Position numbers and translations under genes: made by a program. Source: an uncultured Planctomycetaceae bacterium (lineage in GTDB: Bacteria; Planctomycetota; Planctomycetia; Pirellulales; UBA7805). From it: a stretch of 55,724 nt of DNA. Of the stretch, positions 26,158-36,407 are shown piece after piece. The stretch covers positions 1 through 55,724 of the forward strand of contig CAYFZZ010000192.1 of the NCBI GenBank assembly GCA_964347545.1. The letters run 5' to 3'. The notes beneath the pieces are model-generated. The model was not told the origin of the DNA and ran no database searches. It saw only the letters and a program-made list of their open reading frames with translations. Within the stretch, counting starts at the first letter, position 1. Every line of letters starts with the position of its first letter.

Positions 26158-26268
26158 GGCGGCCCGCGGAGGGCGACAGCGGGCTGAGGAAGGGAAAAAG
26201 CGGGGTGGGACCGTCTCCGGTCCCCGCGGCTCTTATTCTGGCAGATTCCGGGCCGCTTCAGTAGCCGG

Positions 26269-28407
26269 TCAAAAATCGGGCGTCCAGATGGCGGACTTCT
26301 TCTCCTGCCCGGCCGGGGCGGACTCGGGAGTCCAGATCTGGGACGACGGTTCCGCCCCACCCGGCTCGGCTTGCTCGGCAACCCCCGTCGGCGGGCCGGC
26401 CGCTGCCCCGCCCGCCATGGCTTGCAGCCGCTGAAAAAGGCCCACGACCGCTTCGGCAATCCCCGGCTCGTGCCAGTGTTTTGTCCGCAAGCGATGTAAT
26501 ACCCGTTCAAATTCTGCTTGTTCGCCGCGGGCCAGGCGTAATTCGAGTTCAGCCACGTGCCAGGGCGCCGGTGATTTTCCCGCCTCCCCGGCGGCCTGGC
26601 GGGCCCGTTCCAGGTTTTCCAGGGCGGCTTGGCTGTCGTGTTCCAGGCGGGCTAAGGTGCCGTAGACGTCCGCCCGGTTGACTTGGGCGGAGTCCCGCAA
26701 GCTGTCGCGGGCGACGATCTCATGCCCCAGACGGCGGATGGCGGGGTAGACCAGGCACGCCACGCTGCGTCGGTAACAGCTCACCAACTCCTGGTCGCTC
26801 AGCTTTTTCGGGACCAGCCGCGCCAAGCGTACCAGGGGCAAGCGGGTGACATCGATCCCGCTGGGGTCAATCGGTTCAAGCGCCGCGAAACCCAAGGCCT
26901 GCCGCAAGCCGTCAAAATCGGATTCCACCTGGGGATCGTCGCGGGCCAGTTGCAACAACAACACGGCCGCCAGGACCCTTGTACGGTAGGCCGTCTCGCC
27001 GGCCGCCTCGCGGGGCGTCTTGCCGTCCAGGACCGGGTTCGGCAAGCCGGTCCACACGTCCCGCAGCATGTCGCGGCGCTGTTGAGCCAGCAATGCCTCT
27101 CGACGCGCGGGGGGCGTATCTGGGGGGAGCCGCCAGTTCCAGGTCAGCGCGTGCTGCAGGCGGCTGACTTGGGTCAAGGTGGTCTGCTGAGCGGGATCTG
27201 CCAGGTCCGGGCCGACGACCTCGCGGAGCGTGGCCGTGGCCTTGTCGAAGCGGTCATCCTGGTACAGCACATATGCCAGGCGCGGCTCGCGGTCGGTTTC
27301 GCGCCCAAACAAATACGCCTGGCCCAGGACCAGCGGGATGTGGGCCAGCTGCAGGTCCACACCGCTGGCGGGCAGGGGGCGGTCCAGGATCCAAAAGGCG
27401 GCTCGGGGGGGTGGTTGTCCCTCGGCCAGCGGCGCCAGGGCTGCCGCCGGAACCGGGCTCGCCAACGGGGCCACGATACACTGGTCCAACACCCCCTGCA
27501 GGTCGCCGACCGGATAGGTTACCTGCACCAGGTCGACCATCTCTTGGGAGAGATGCGTATCGATCAGCTGAGCGATGGCGGCGGCCTCGACGGCGTCGTC
27601 CAGGGGTACGTCCGGCAGCGAGGCGTATTTTTGCCAGGCGGCCACGGCCGCATTGGTGTCGGCCAGCCAGGACCGCAGGATGGACAAATTGCGCCAGACG
27701 GCCGGGGCGTTGCCAGATCGGTCGACCAGAGCGGCGAATTTTTGTTCGGCCGCCCGCCAGGCACCCCGGTTGGCCAGCTGGCTCGCCTCGGCAAACGCCT
27801 TCTGCCAGGGCGCCTCCTGCGGCGGCTCGTCCAGCACCAGCTGGTCTTTCAGCAGGACCGGGACCTGGGGTGAGGCCCTCAGCGCGGAAATCGCCGCCAG
27901 GGCGTCGGCATCCTGGCCACGCGTCATTCCCGCCTGCAACAACAGGTGAGCCTGTCCCGCCAGGATCTCGCCGTCCTGCAACAGCGTTTCACCCACGTAG
28001 CCCAACGCCGCGTAGACGCGGGTCGGCAGCTGGTCCCCTGGGATGTTTTCCAGGGCGTGTTGCAGAGCTCTCACGGCCGCTCGGCCACCCTCGGTGGCCG
28101 CCAGCTGGATCGCGCGTTCTGCGAGGGCCACCGGATTGTGGGGATGAGCCGCGTCGAAACGATCCAGGGTCTCTTTCAAATCCTCGTCCCGCTCCAGCTC
28201 GCTCAACAGCAACGCCTTGACGGCCAGCAGGCAGGGACGATCGGGGTACTTGGCCAGCGTCTTATCCACGTGCTCGAGGCACGCCTGCCGCTGCTCCCCG
28301 CCCAGCATCTTGTCGATCGTCTGCAATTCGCCCAACAGCTCGTGACAGCAGAATTTGATCTTCTTGCCGGTCCCGCCTGGGCAAATCGTATAACGATCCA
28401 GTGACAT
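26269..28407 (-). CDS. Large soluble protein with N-terminal SEC-C-like Cys motif and TPR-like helical repeats, function unknown
   Basis: CPGGTGKKIKFCC at the N-terminus resembles the SEC-C metal-binding motif. The rest is helical and repeat-like, and coding-type GC3 is maintained throughout. Confidence 0.7.
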   Translation of the reverse strand: MSLDRYTICPGGTGKKIKFCCHELLGELQTIDKMLGGEQRQACLEHVDKTLAKYPDRPCLLAVKALLLSELERDEDLKETLDRFDAAHPHNPVALAERAIQLAATEGGRAAVRALQHALENIPGDQLPTRVYAALGYVGETLLQDGEILAGQAHLLLQAGMTRGQDADALAAISALRASPQVPVLLKDQLVLDEPPQEAPWQKAFAEASQLANRGAWRAAEQKFAALVDRSGNAPAVWRNLSILRSWLADTNAAVAAWQKYASLPDVPLDDAVEAAAIAQLIDTHLSQEMVDLVQVTYPVGDLQGVLDQCIVAPLASPVPAAALAPLAEGQPPPRAAFWILDRPLPASGVDLQLAHIPLVLGQAYLFGRETDREPRLAYVLYQDDRFDKATATLREVVGPDLADPAQQTTLTQVSRLQHALTWNWRLPPDTPPARREALLAQQRRDMLRDVWTGLPNPVLDGKTPREAAGETAYRTRVLAAVLLLQLARDDPQVESDFDGLRQALGFAALEPIDPSGIDVTRLPLVRLARLVPKKLSDQELVSCYRRSVACLVYPAIRRLGHEIVARDSLRDSAQVNRADVYGTLARLEHDSQAALENLERARQAAGEAGKSPAPWHVAELELRLARGEQAEFERVLHRLRTKHWHEPGIAEAVVGLFQRLQAMAGGAAAGPPTGVAEQAEPGGAEPSSQIWTPESAPAGQEKKSAIWTPDF

Positions 28408-28443
28408 GGGAAACAGAGTGGGGGGAGGGGGCGGAGGGGCAAT

Positions 28444-29493
28444 TCAAGCGGCATGCACCGCCCGTTTTTCGCCAATCAGGTTCAGGAGGTCTCGCTGAGG
28501 ATCGGCAAACTTGCGGATCCCTTCGTCCATCAACACGTCTTCCAGGTGCTGCATATCCACCTCGGCATCGATTTCGGCCAAGATGGCTTCCGACGGCAAG
28601 ATGTCGACCTGGCGGGTAAAAGGTGTTGAATTGGCGGCGACGTAGTCGTTGGTGGCCGGTGGATTGGTTTCGATGTCGCTGCCGGCGAACGCACGAACGT
28701 ATTTGTCGGGCGTATCCTCGGGATTCTTGGTCCCCGTGCTGGCAAAGATGATCTCCTGATCCAGCGGGCACGATTTGTCGGCCCAGAATTGGCGGTTGTC
28801 CTGCCACAGCCGCTTGGCGTTGACGATGCCGACCAGGCCCTGGGCTGCCTCCGTAAGTTGCGGCACGTGCTGGGCCGTATAGACGTCCACCCGCGAGACG
28901 AAAATGCTGTAGACACTTTTAAATAACGCCAGGCCGTTGGCGCGACGCTGAGCGCCGCGCCAGATGGCGTCCCGGGCGGCATGATATTGTCGCAAGGTGA
29001 AGATCAGCGTCACGTTCAGGGTCAGCCCGGCCGCCGCCAGCTCTTCCACAGCCGCCAGGCCGGCTGCAGTGGCCGGCACCTTGATCATCCGATTCTGGTG
29101 GCCGCGAGCCCACTGTTGAGCCAGCTGGAGGTACTGCTCGACCCGCTCCTCGTGCGAGAGCCCCAGCTGGTCGTCCTCCAGCAGCGGATCGACTTCAAAG
29201 CTGACATAGCCGTCATTGCCTGACGTGGACTGCCACACGGGATGGAATACCTGCTGAGCGTGCTGGACCAGGTCATCGGTCATCTGCCAGGCGATCTCCT
29301 CGTCGGTCAACCCCGCCCCCATGAGGGTCTTCAGTTGCTGGTCGAAGCGGCCCGACTTGATCAGATCCGAAACGATCACCGGGTTGGACGTGGCGCCCGT
29401 CGCGCCAACCGCTCGGCTGCTGACCACCAGTTCCGGGTCGACCGAGTCCAGCCAAAGTTTGGTTCCGGTGGCGATGAGAGATTCCAGGGACAT
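28444..29493 (-). CDS. tal: Transaldolase
   Basis: [18 protein letters not shown] and [10 protein letters not shown] are present, plus the Schiff-base lysine context [10 protein letters not shown]. Start taken at MSLESL. Confidence 0.9.
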   Translation of the reverse strand: MSLESLIATGTKLWLDSVDPELVVSSRAVGATGATSNPVIVSDLIKSGRFDQQLKTLMGAGLTDEEIAWQMTDDLVQHAQQVFHPVWQSTSGNDGYVSFEVDPLLEDDQLGLSHEERVEQYLQLAQQWARGHQNRMIKVPATAAGLAAVEELAAAGLTLNVTLIFTLRQYHAARDAIWRGAQRRANGLALFKSVYSIFVSRVDVYTAQHVPQLTEAAQGLVGIVNAKRLWQDNRQFWADKSCPLDQEIIFASTGTKNPEDTPDKYVRAFAGSDIETNPPATNDYVAANSTPFTRQVDILPSEAILAEIDAEVDMQHLEDVLMDEGIRKFADPQRDLLNLIGEKRAVHAA

Positions 29494-29886
29494 CGAAGGG
29501 TTCTCGCGGGGGTTGGGGGATTTCCGCTGGTTGGTTTCCCGGCGGGGAAGGATCGTCAAGTTCCGCCCTGCCGAACCGTGGCAGGATCGGTCACACGGGA
29601 AATCACGGCCGGGGTGGGCATCACTGCTGGCACCGCTGGCCCGGGCCGATTCGCCCGCGAACCGGGTTTGCGGGGAGGGAACGGCCTTCGACGATTATAT
29701 CCGATGGGGCAGGGAGGGCAGCATGGCCCACCGCGGTAAATTATTCGTTATTTTCCAGTTTTTTCGATTATTTCTATTGTGATACCCGGAAATGGCCGAT
29801 GAGGCATCTGACCGCCTGTGTGCAGCGGGCGGGAGATCTGCAAGCATTCGCATTCAGGGGGGCCAACTGATGTGGAGGCATGATCG

Positions 29887-31269
29887 GTGTTGCGACCGGC
29901 CACGTCAATTCTGGCTTTCTTGGCTCTTTGCCTCTGGGGCATCGTCGGCGTTGGATTAGGACAACCGCCGGCCGGGCTGGACGAGATCCCGCCGCTGGAG
30001 CTGCCGACGCCCGAGGAGGGGAACGGCAATTGGGACCAGCTGGGGGACGAAATCCCCGATCTGGGCGAGGGCCCTTCCGAGGAATTACCCGAACCGCTGG
30101 GCAATGGGGATCGCGCCGGCGCCGATGGGCAGCAGCCGTCGGCGGGGGCGGAACCCGAGCAGTTGTTTGAGGGCTATGGCGAGCAGTACGAGCACGAAGA
30201 TGAGATCCGGGTGGACTACCTGGCCCCGATCTACAGTTCCGGGGAGTGGCTGGATTGCGGCACCTGGCTGGCTCATCTCGATTTCATGCTCATGTGGCGC
30301 TCGGTCGGCCAGGATACCCTTTTGGGGGAAGATACGATCCTGAACGCCGCGGGGCAGGTGGTGGCCCGTCGGCCCCTGGTGACCACCAACGTGGGATTCC
30401 GGATCACGCCCGGAGGCCGGATCAAGCTGGGCAGGTTCCTGACGCGGGATGTCTATAACCGCGACGTGATTACCGAAATCGAATACATGGGCCTTGTCGA
30501 TTTCCAGGTGGGTACCCAGCTGGCCGGTATCGGGAACGCGGGGATTCTGACCGCCTTGGATCCCTTTTTCGAGCCTGGCGGCTTTACGCCCACCATTGGC
30601 GGATTCAACAACTCGACATTCCAGCGTTTCGATTACAGTTCGGACCTGAACAGCTTTGAAATCAACACCCGCCTCCAGTATCGTCTGGGTCGCGACCGGC
30701 TGGTGGCCATGCCGGATGGGACGTGGAGCCGCCAGTTGGCCAGCACGCTGGTGCCTGCCTGCTTTATGGGGTTCCGCTATATCAAGGAGCAGGAGACCTT
30801 GTCGTGGGTCAGTCGCGTTAACGGGTTCCCCCTGGACGTCTATCGCGGCGACTACATCGTCGACACCGTGAACGAGCTGATAGGCTTCCAGGTTGGCGGC
30901 GACGCTCGGCTGCAGCACAAAAACTTCAACGCCGCGCTTCGTGTGAAAGGTGGCACTTTTGTCAACTTTGGGGACTCACGACGTTTTATCCTCAGCAATG
31001 ATCCCACGCCGGGCCGGATAGTGTTTAACCCGCCCTTGCGTACGACCCAACAGGATGAGGTCCTGGCGATCGCCTTGGAGGCAGGACTTAAGGGTGCTTA
31101 TCACGTGAACCCCAACCTGACGTTTCGGTTGAGTGGCGATGTGATGTGGCTGCATGGGCTGGCCGTGGCTCCTGAGCAGCTGACGTTTGAGCCGAGTCGC
31201 GGGCGGATCGATATGAGCGGAAATATTCTCTATCTGGGTCTTTCGACCGGAGTTGAGCTGATTTGGTGA
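29887..31269 (+). CDS. Outer-membrane beta-barrel protein, BBP7-like (planctomycetal family)
   Basis: GTG 29887 has GGAGG 9 nt upstream. A signal peptide (MLRPATSILAFLALCLWGIVGVGLG) and an acidic Pro-rich linker precede alternating beta-strand-like sequence. The protein ends in ...LSTGVELIW, an aromatic OMP-type C-terminus. Confidence 0.7.
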   Translation: MLRPATSILAFLALCLWGIVGVGLGQPPAGLDEIPPLELPTPEEGNGNWDQLGDEIPDLGEGPSEELPEPLGNGDRAGADGQQPSAGAEPEQLFEGYGEQYEHEDEIRVDYLAPIYSSGEWLDCGTWLAHLDFMLMWRSVGQDTLLGEDTILNAAGQVVARRPLVTTNVGFRITPGGRIKLGRFLTRDVYNRDVITEIEYMGLVDFQVGTQLAGIGNAGILTALDPFFEPGGFTPTIGGFNNSTFQRFDYSSDLNSFEINTRLQYRLGRDRLVAMPDGTWSRQLASTLVPACFMGFRYIKEQETLSWVSRVNGFPLDVYRGDYIVDTVNELIGFQVGGDARLQHKNFNAALRVKGGTFVNFGDSRRFILSNDPTPGRIVFNPPLRTTQQDEVLAIALEAGLKGAYHVNPNLTFRLSGDVMWLHGLAVAPEQLTFEPSRGRIDMSGNILYLGLSTGVELIW

Positions 31270-34202
31270 TGCAACGGCCTTATTTTTTTACGCGTAAATC
31301 GTTCCTGATTTTGCTGGCCGCCGTGTTCCTGCTGCCGATCGCCCTGCGCGGCGCGCGGATCGCTTTGGAAAACAACAAGAATGACGTCACCGAGTGGCTG
31401 CCGGACGGTTTTGCGGAAACCAAGGAGCTGGACTGGTTTCGCCATCACTTCCTGGGCGAGCAATTTGTGGTGATCAGCTGGGAGGGTTGTACCCTGGACG
31501 ACCCTCGCGTGGAAATGCTGGCCCGCAAACTGGTGCCTGACCACGAGTCGCCTGACAACGAGCGTCAGCGGTCGTTTTTCAAGAAGGTGACCACCGGTCC
31601 GCGCGTGCTGGCTCAGATGACCGACCCCGAGGGGAGTCTCAAGCTTAGCCAGCGAGAGGCCAAGCGGCGGTTGCAGGGGTCGCTGATCGGACACGACGGG
31701 GAAACGACCTGTGTCCTGGCCACCTTGCACGAAGGGGCCCTCCGCGACCTGCGGGCCGGCATCGGCCGCTCGTGGCCGCTCACCCAAATCCTCATGGGCC
31801 GCGAGGACGGCATTCTGTACCAGCTGGCTGTCAAGGAATGTGCCATTTCCAAGCCATCTATCCACCTCGGCGGACCGCCGGTGGACAACGTGGCGATTGA
31901 CGATGAAGGGGAAATCACCCTCATGCGGCTGGTAGGGCTCTCCGCCCTCGTCGGCCTCTGCCTCTCGTACTACTGCTTTCGCAGCAAGCGGGTCACGCTG
32001 ATGGTCTTCTGCTGCGGCGTCTACGGCGCGGCCGCCAGCCTGGCCATTGTCTACTTCACCCGGGGGGTCGTCGACGCCGTGCTGATGTCGATGCCTTCGG
32101 TGATCTACGTCCTGGGGCTCTCCGGGGCGATCCACCTGGTCAACTACTACCAGGACGCGGTCCGCGAATCAGGTCAGGAGGGAGCCCCGGGACGGGCGCT
32201 CAAGCACGGCTGGTTGCCCTGTACCCTGGCTGCGGTCACGACGGCCCTGGGGTTGGGCTCGCTGGTGACCAGTGAAGTGGTGCCGATCCGTAAATTCGGG
32301 AGCTACACCGCCTGGGGTGTCTTGTTCACCCTGGTGATCCTCTTCACCCTCCTGCCGGCCCTGTTGCAATTGTGGCCGCCACCCCGCCGCCGCCAAGTGA
32401 CCGCTCGGCCGATGGACCAGCAGCCCCCCGCCCGATGGGGCACGCTGCTGGACCGCTTTGCCTGCTGGATCGTCGGCCGCCATGTGGTCGTCACTGTGGT
32501 GTGCTCGATCGTGATGGCGATCCTGGCGATGGGCCTGCTGAAGATCGAAACCTCCGTGCAGTTGCTGAAACTCTTCCACAGCAAGGCCGACATCATCCAA
32601 GACTACACCTGGTTGGAACAGAACCTGGGCAATCTGGTGCCGATGGAGGTGGTGTTGCGGGTGCATCCTTCGCGGATGCGAGAAGCGGACGACGAGCTGA
32701 TGTCGGCAGAGGGCCGTTATCGGTTGACGTTTCTCGAGCGGATGGAGCTGGTGGAGGCGGTGCAGGAAAACATTGAACGCCTGCCAGAGGTCGGTCGAGC
32801 GTTGTCGATGAACACCTTTGCCCCCGTGTTGCCACCCAAGGCGGGCAGCCTGGCCACCTTTACCGAACGTTCCGGATTCAATGCCGGCCTGGCAAATCAC
32901 CGGGAAGAGTTCCTCGCAGGCGAGTACTTCCGGGTCGGTGAGGAGGGAGAGGAGCTGTTTCGGATCAGCGCGCGGTTGGCGGCGTTAAGCGACGTGGATT
33001 ACGGTCATTTCGTGGACGATATCCGCGGAGTGGTGCGGCCCATTCTGGCGGCCTACCGGCAGCGGGATCGGATCCTGGCCGAAATGGGCAGCCAGCAGGG
33101 TTCGTTCCGCGGCAAGCGGGTCTGCGTGGTAGGGGTTCCTCGCTGGAAACGCCCCACCAAGGAGACCCCGCCTCCCACGGCGGCCACCCCTTCAGACGAA
33201 CATCCCACCACCAGCCAGATCCTGGCCGGGACGCTGTACGACGCCTTACGGGTGGCGGGGGTCAAGGTCAGCCCGATTTTTGAGGCCGCTGCGGATTATG
33301 AGGCCACTAATTTCATCCGCGCCGGCGACGACAATCCGAAAGCCCAGGAATTCTTCAAAAAATTTGACCTGGTCTTTATTGCCAGCGATCACCCCTCAGT
33401 CGCCTCACGGTTTATCATGCGACATGCCCGGGCCTACATCGACGCGCGCCAGTTCGATCCGCTCAGCGTCGATCCCCAGGCAGAAATCGCGTCCGGGCTG
33501 AGGCCGGTCTACACGGGCGTGGTGCCGCTGGTCTACAAGGCTCAACGCGAGCTGCTGCAGGGCCTGGTGGAAAGTATCGGGCTGGCCTTCGTCTTGATCT
33601 GCATCGTGATGATCGCCATTCTCCGCTCGCCTTCCGCCGGCCTGTTATCGATGATTCCCAACGTATTTCCCATCGTGATGGTGTTTGGCTTCATGGGCTG
33701 GGCGGGGATTCTGATCGATATCGGCACGATGATGACGGCCAGCGTCGCCATGGGGGTCGCCGTGGACGACACGGTTCATTTTCTGACCTGGTTCCGCCGC
33801 GGCATTCTCAGCGGGCTCGACCGCCGAGGTGCGGTCCGCCTGGCCTATGCCCGTTGTGCCACAGCCATGATGCAAACGACGCTGATCGGCGGTCTGGGCT
33901 TGGGCGTGTTCGCGCTCAGCACCTTCACCCCCACGCAACGATTCGGCTACCTGATGATTGTCCTCTTGGTCACCGCGCTGGTCGGTGATTTGATCTTTCT
34001 GCCCGCTCTGCTGGCCGGACCGGTGGGACGCTTCTTTACCGGCCGCCTCCAACGGCAGGCTCTGCGGCGACAGGCCCCCGAGGGACAAGATACGCCGGCT
34101 CACGGCGTGCCGGCGCCGCACTTTGCCAGTCAGCCCCGGCATGCCCCCTCGGCGACATTTTCCCAGCCGCCCGATCCCCCCCGCTCGTCCCCCGGCGGCT
34201 GA
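31269..34202 (+). CDS. MMPL/RND-superfamily (SSD-type) transporter, ~977 aa
   Basis: There are two blocks of 5-6 TM helices separated by large soluble domains. Typical motifs include SMPSVIYVLGLSGAIHLVNYY and MTASVAMGVAVDDTVHFL. The ATG overlaps the barrel gene's TGA (TGATG). Confidence 0.85.
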   Translation: MQRPYFFTRKSFLILLAAVFLLPIALRGARIALENNKNDVTEWLPDGFAETKELDWFRHHFLGEQFVVISWEGCTLDDPRVEMLARKLVPDHESPDNERQRSFFKKVTTGPRVLAQMTDPEGSLKLSQREAKRRLQGSLIGHDGETTCVLATLHEGALRDLRAGIGRSWPLTQILMGREDGILYQLAVKECAISKPSIHLGGPPVDNVAIDDEGEITLMRLVGLSALVGLCLSYYCFRSKRVTLMVFCCGVYGAAASLAIVYFTRGVVDAVLMSMPSVIYVLGLSGAIHLVNYYQDAVRESGQEGAPGRALKHGWLPCTLAAVTTALGLGSLVTSEVVPIRKFGSYTAWGVLFTLVILFTLLPALLQLWPPPRRRQVTARPMDQQPPARWGTLLDRFACWIVGRHVVVTVVCSIVMAILAMGLLKIETSVQLLKLFHSKADIIQDYTWLEQNLGNLVPMEVVLRVHPSRMREADDELMSAEGRYRLTFLERMELVEAVQENIERLPEVGRALSMNTFAPVLPPKAGSLATFTERSGFNAGLANHREEFLAGEYFRVGEEGEELFRISARLAALSDVDYGHFVDDIRGVVRPILAAYRQRDRILAEMGSQQGSFRGKRVCVVGVPRWKRPTKETPPPTAATPSDEHPTTSQILAGTLYDALRVAGVKVSPIFEAAADYEATNFIRAGDDNPKAQEFFKKFDLVFIASDHPSVASRFIMRHARAYIDARQFDPLSVDPQAEIASGLRPVYTGVVPLVYKAQRELLQGLVESIGLAFVLICIVMIAILRSPSAGLLSMIPNVFPIVMVFGFMGWAGILIDIGTMMTASVAMGVAVDDTVHFLTWFRRGILSGLDRRGAVRLAYARCATAMMQTTLIGGLGLGVFALSTFTPTQRFGYLMIVLLVTALVGDLIFLPALLAGPVGRFFTGRLQRQALRRQAPEGQDTPAHGVPAPHFASQPRHAPSATFSQPPDPPRSSPGG

Positions 34203-34609
34203 ACGGGACGCGGCCAGGGCCGCGCGTCCGCAAAGACACCCCCCCCCGCACCGAGCGGGTTTCCCCGATCCGCTTCCGGATCACCAGACCGTTCGTCTCC
34301 TTCCTGCCGTCCGCCGCCTCCCGACCACGGCGTCCGCCGGCCCACCGCCGCTCGGCCCGGGTCTGCCAGCCCCACGGGCAGCGCGGGACTTGGGGTGGCC
34401 CGATCCGGCCAGCTGCCCTCAGCCAGGCCGCACGCTCACCACGTCCCTTCTGGCCCTCCTTCCGCCTTCAGGCGGTCGGGAACGCGCATCGCCCCTCGGC
34501 GGGCGGGACACGGCGCTGGTCCACTGGGCATCCGCCCCATCCACCCGCTTCTGACAAAAATTTGTGGGGTGCGGTAAGATGAACAAGCCGTCAACGGTTG
34601 GCCCTTACG

Positions 34610-35956
34610 ATGCTGTTTCCCCTCCCCTTAGCGCCTTTCGAAGAGTACATGCTGGTCGATGACCGGCCGGCATATCCGATGAACTTCTTCCTGCGGTTGC
34701 GGTTTGAGGGCCTGTTCAACCCTGCCTTGCTGGAAGAGGCATGTGGCCAAAGCGTGGCTCGGCATCCGCTGCTGTCCGCCCATTTGCAGCCGGCCCGCGG
34801 AGGTCGGTTCCAGTGGGTACAGCCCTCCCACCGCTCGTGCCCGCTCAGGTGGCGCACCACAGCGGGGGGCGAGGAGCCGATTGGGGCGATTGACCTGCAG
34901 CGCGAACCGGGACTGCGGGTTTGGGCCACGGCCGAAAAAGACGGCACAGAGCTGTTGCTGCAGTTTCATCACAGTTGTTGCGACGCCGTGGGCGCTTGCC
35001 AGTTTGTCGAGGATCTGCTGGTCTGCTATGCCGGCCTGCAGGGAGGGGCTGGGTCACCAGCCGATCTGCGGCCGGTGGACGCGGCTGGTCTTTTGTCGCG
35101 GGAGTCGTACGGTGCGCCCGGCTGGCAGTTGACGCGGCTGTTTGGCCAACAGTCGCTCGGTCTCCGGCGAGCCCGCAAGTTTTTCATGCGCAACGCCGTG
35201 CCGCTCAAGCCGGGCGTCGAGCGGGTTGCGGAGGATTCGCTGCCCGACGATTTTCCCAGCAGTTGCGTGCACGAATTCGACCAGCCCCAAACGGCAGGGC
35301 TGCTGGCCGCCGCTCGGGCAGCGGGTACGACGGTGAACAATCTCTTGCTGAGGGACCTCTTTCTGGCGCTGGAGGCGTTTCGAGCGCGGCGGGAGATGAG
35401 CTGTGGGGAGGATTGGTTGCGGCTGGCGGTGCCGGTGAATATGCGGTTGCGCGGGGACGAGCGGTTGCCGACGGCGAATTTGGTAAGCATGGTGTTTTTG
35501 GACCGCCAGTCGCGCGAATGTGCCGATCCGGCGGCATTGTTGCTCAGCCTGCATGACGAAATGCAGCTGGTCAAGCAGCGGCGGTTGGGACTGACCTTCC
35601 TCCTGGCCCTCCGCTACAACCGCAAGCTACCCGGCGCGATCGCTCGGCTCCGCCGCCGCACCCAGCGGGCCCTCTGCCAGGGTACGGCCGTGATCAGCAA
35701 CCTGGTCAGCCCCTGGGAAAATTCCAGTCTGCGGCGGCCGGATGGCCAAATCGTGGCCGGGGATGTCCTGTTGCGACGCGTCGATTTTCTGCCACCCCTG
35801 CGCCCGTACACGGCCGCAGCGGTCGGCGTGGTGACCTGTGCCCAACGGTTGTGCCTGGCCCTCCACTACGATTCGCGGGTATTGAATCGCGAAGAGGCCG
35901 CAGAACTGCTGGAAAACCTGGTCCGCGGTATGCAGCGGTCGCAGGCACCGGTCTGA
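34610..35956 (+). CDS. Free-standing condensation-domain (PapA5 / WS-DGAT-like) acyltransferase
   Basis: LLLQFHHSCCDAVG places an HHxxxD(G/A) motif at residues 120-126, and the length is about 448 aa. No A or T domains are attached. A TTG alternative start lies at 34598. Confidence 0.8.
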   Translation: MLFPLPLAPFEEYMLVDDRPAYPMNFFLRLRFEGLFNPALLEEACGQSVARHPLLSAHLQPARGGRFQWVQPSHRSCPLRWRTTAGGEEPIGAIDLQREPGLRVWATAEKDGTELLLQFHHSCCDAVGACQFVEDLLVCYAGLQGGAGSPADLRPVDAAGLLSRESYGAPGWQLTRLFGQQSLGLRRARKFFMRNAVPLKPGVERVAEDSLPDDFPSSCVHEFDQPQTAGLLAAARAAGTTVNNLLLRDLFLALEAFRARREMSCGEDWLRLAVPVNMRLRGDERLPTANLVSMVFLDRQSRECADPAALLLSLHDEMQLVKQRRLGLTFLLALRYNRKLPGAIARLRRRTQRALCQGTAVISNLVSPWENSSLRRPDGQIVAGDVLLRRVDFLPPLRPYTAAAVGVVTCAQRLCLALHYDSRVLNREEAAELLENLVRGMQRSQAPV

Positions 35957-36407
35957 CCAGGACCACCGGGTGCGTGCTGATCTTTCCTGCGCGCCTTGAC
36001 GCCTTGGCGTGAAACAGAATTCCGAACCGGAGATCGCCGCGCGGCCTGCGGCGGCCACCAAAACGTCCGGATGGTGAAGAGGAGCGAACCGGGTCAACGG
36101 AGGGCATGGCCATGCTCTGTTTCCTCCGTTACCTCATGTTCAAAAAATGCACGCACCTTGCGCCGCTGTTGATTGGTTGCAGCGCAAAGGTCGCCGAGAG
36201 GAAAAGTCCGCCGGCCGAGGTTTCGGAATTTTTGCTTTGAATTTGTTTCGGATTTCGAAATTCGGATTTCGGATTTTCCTCCGGCCAGGCAGTCTGTTTA
36301 TTTTTGACAGGATCGACATGAGGTTTTGGTCAGGTTGGTAGTTTAAATGTCAGTTGTCCCGGCCGGGGACGACCGGCCGAGAGGGGGGAGGCGGACCGCC
36401 GGTCCGC

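Noticed and set aside
36147-36341. A 64-aa ORF in the AT-rich convergent intergenic region between the condensation and KAS-like genes.
   Set aside because: The region is made of short repeats (TTCGGATTTCG units and the ATTTCGAAAT palindrome) and likely holds terminators for the two convergent genes. There is no SD and the composition is atypical.
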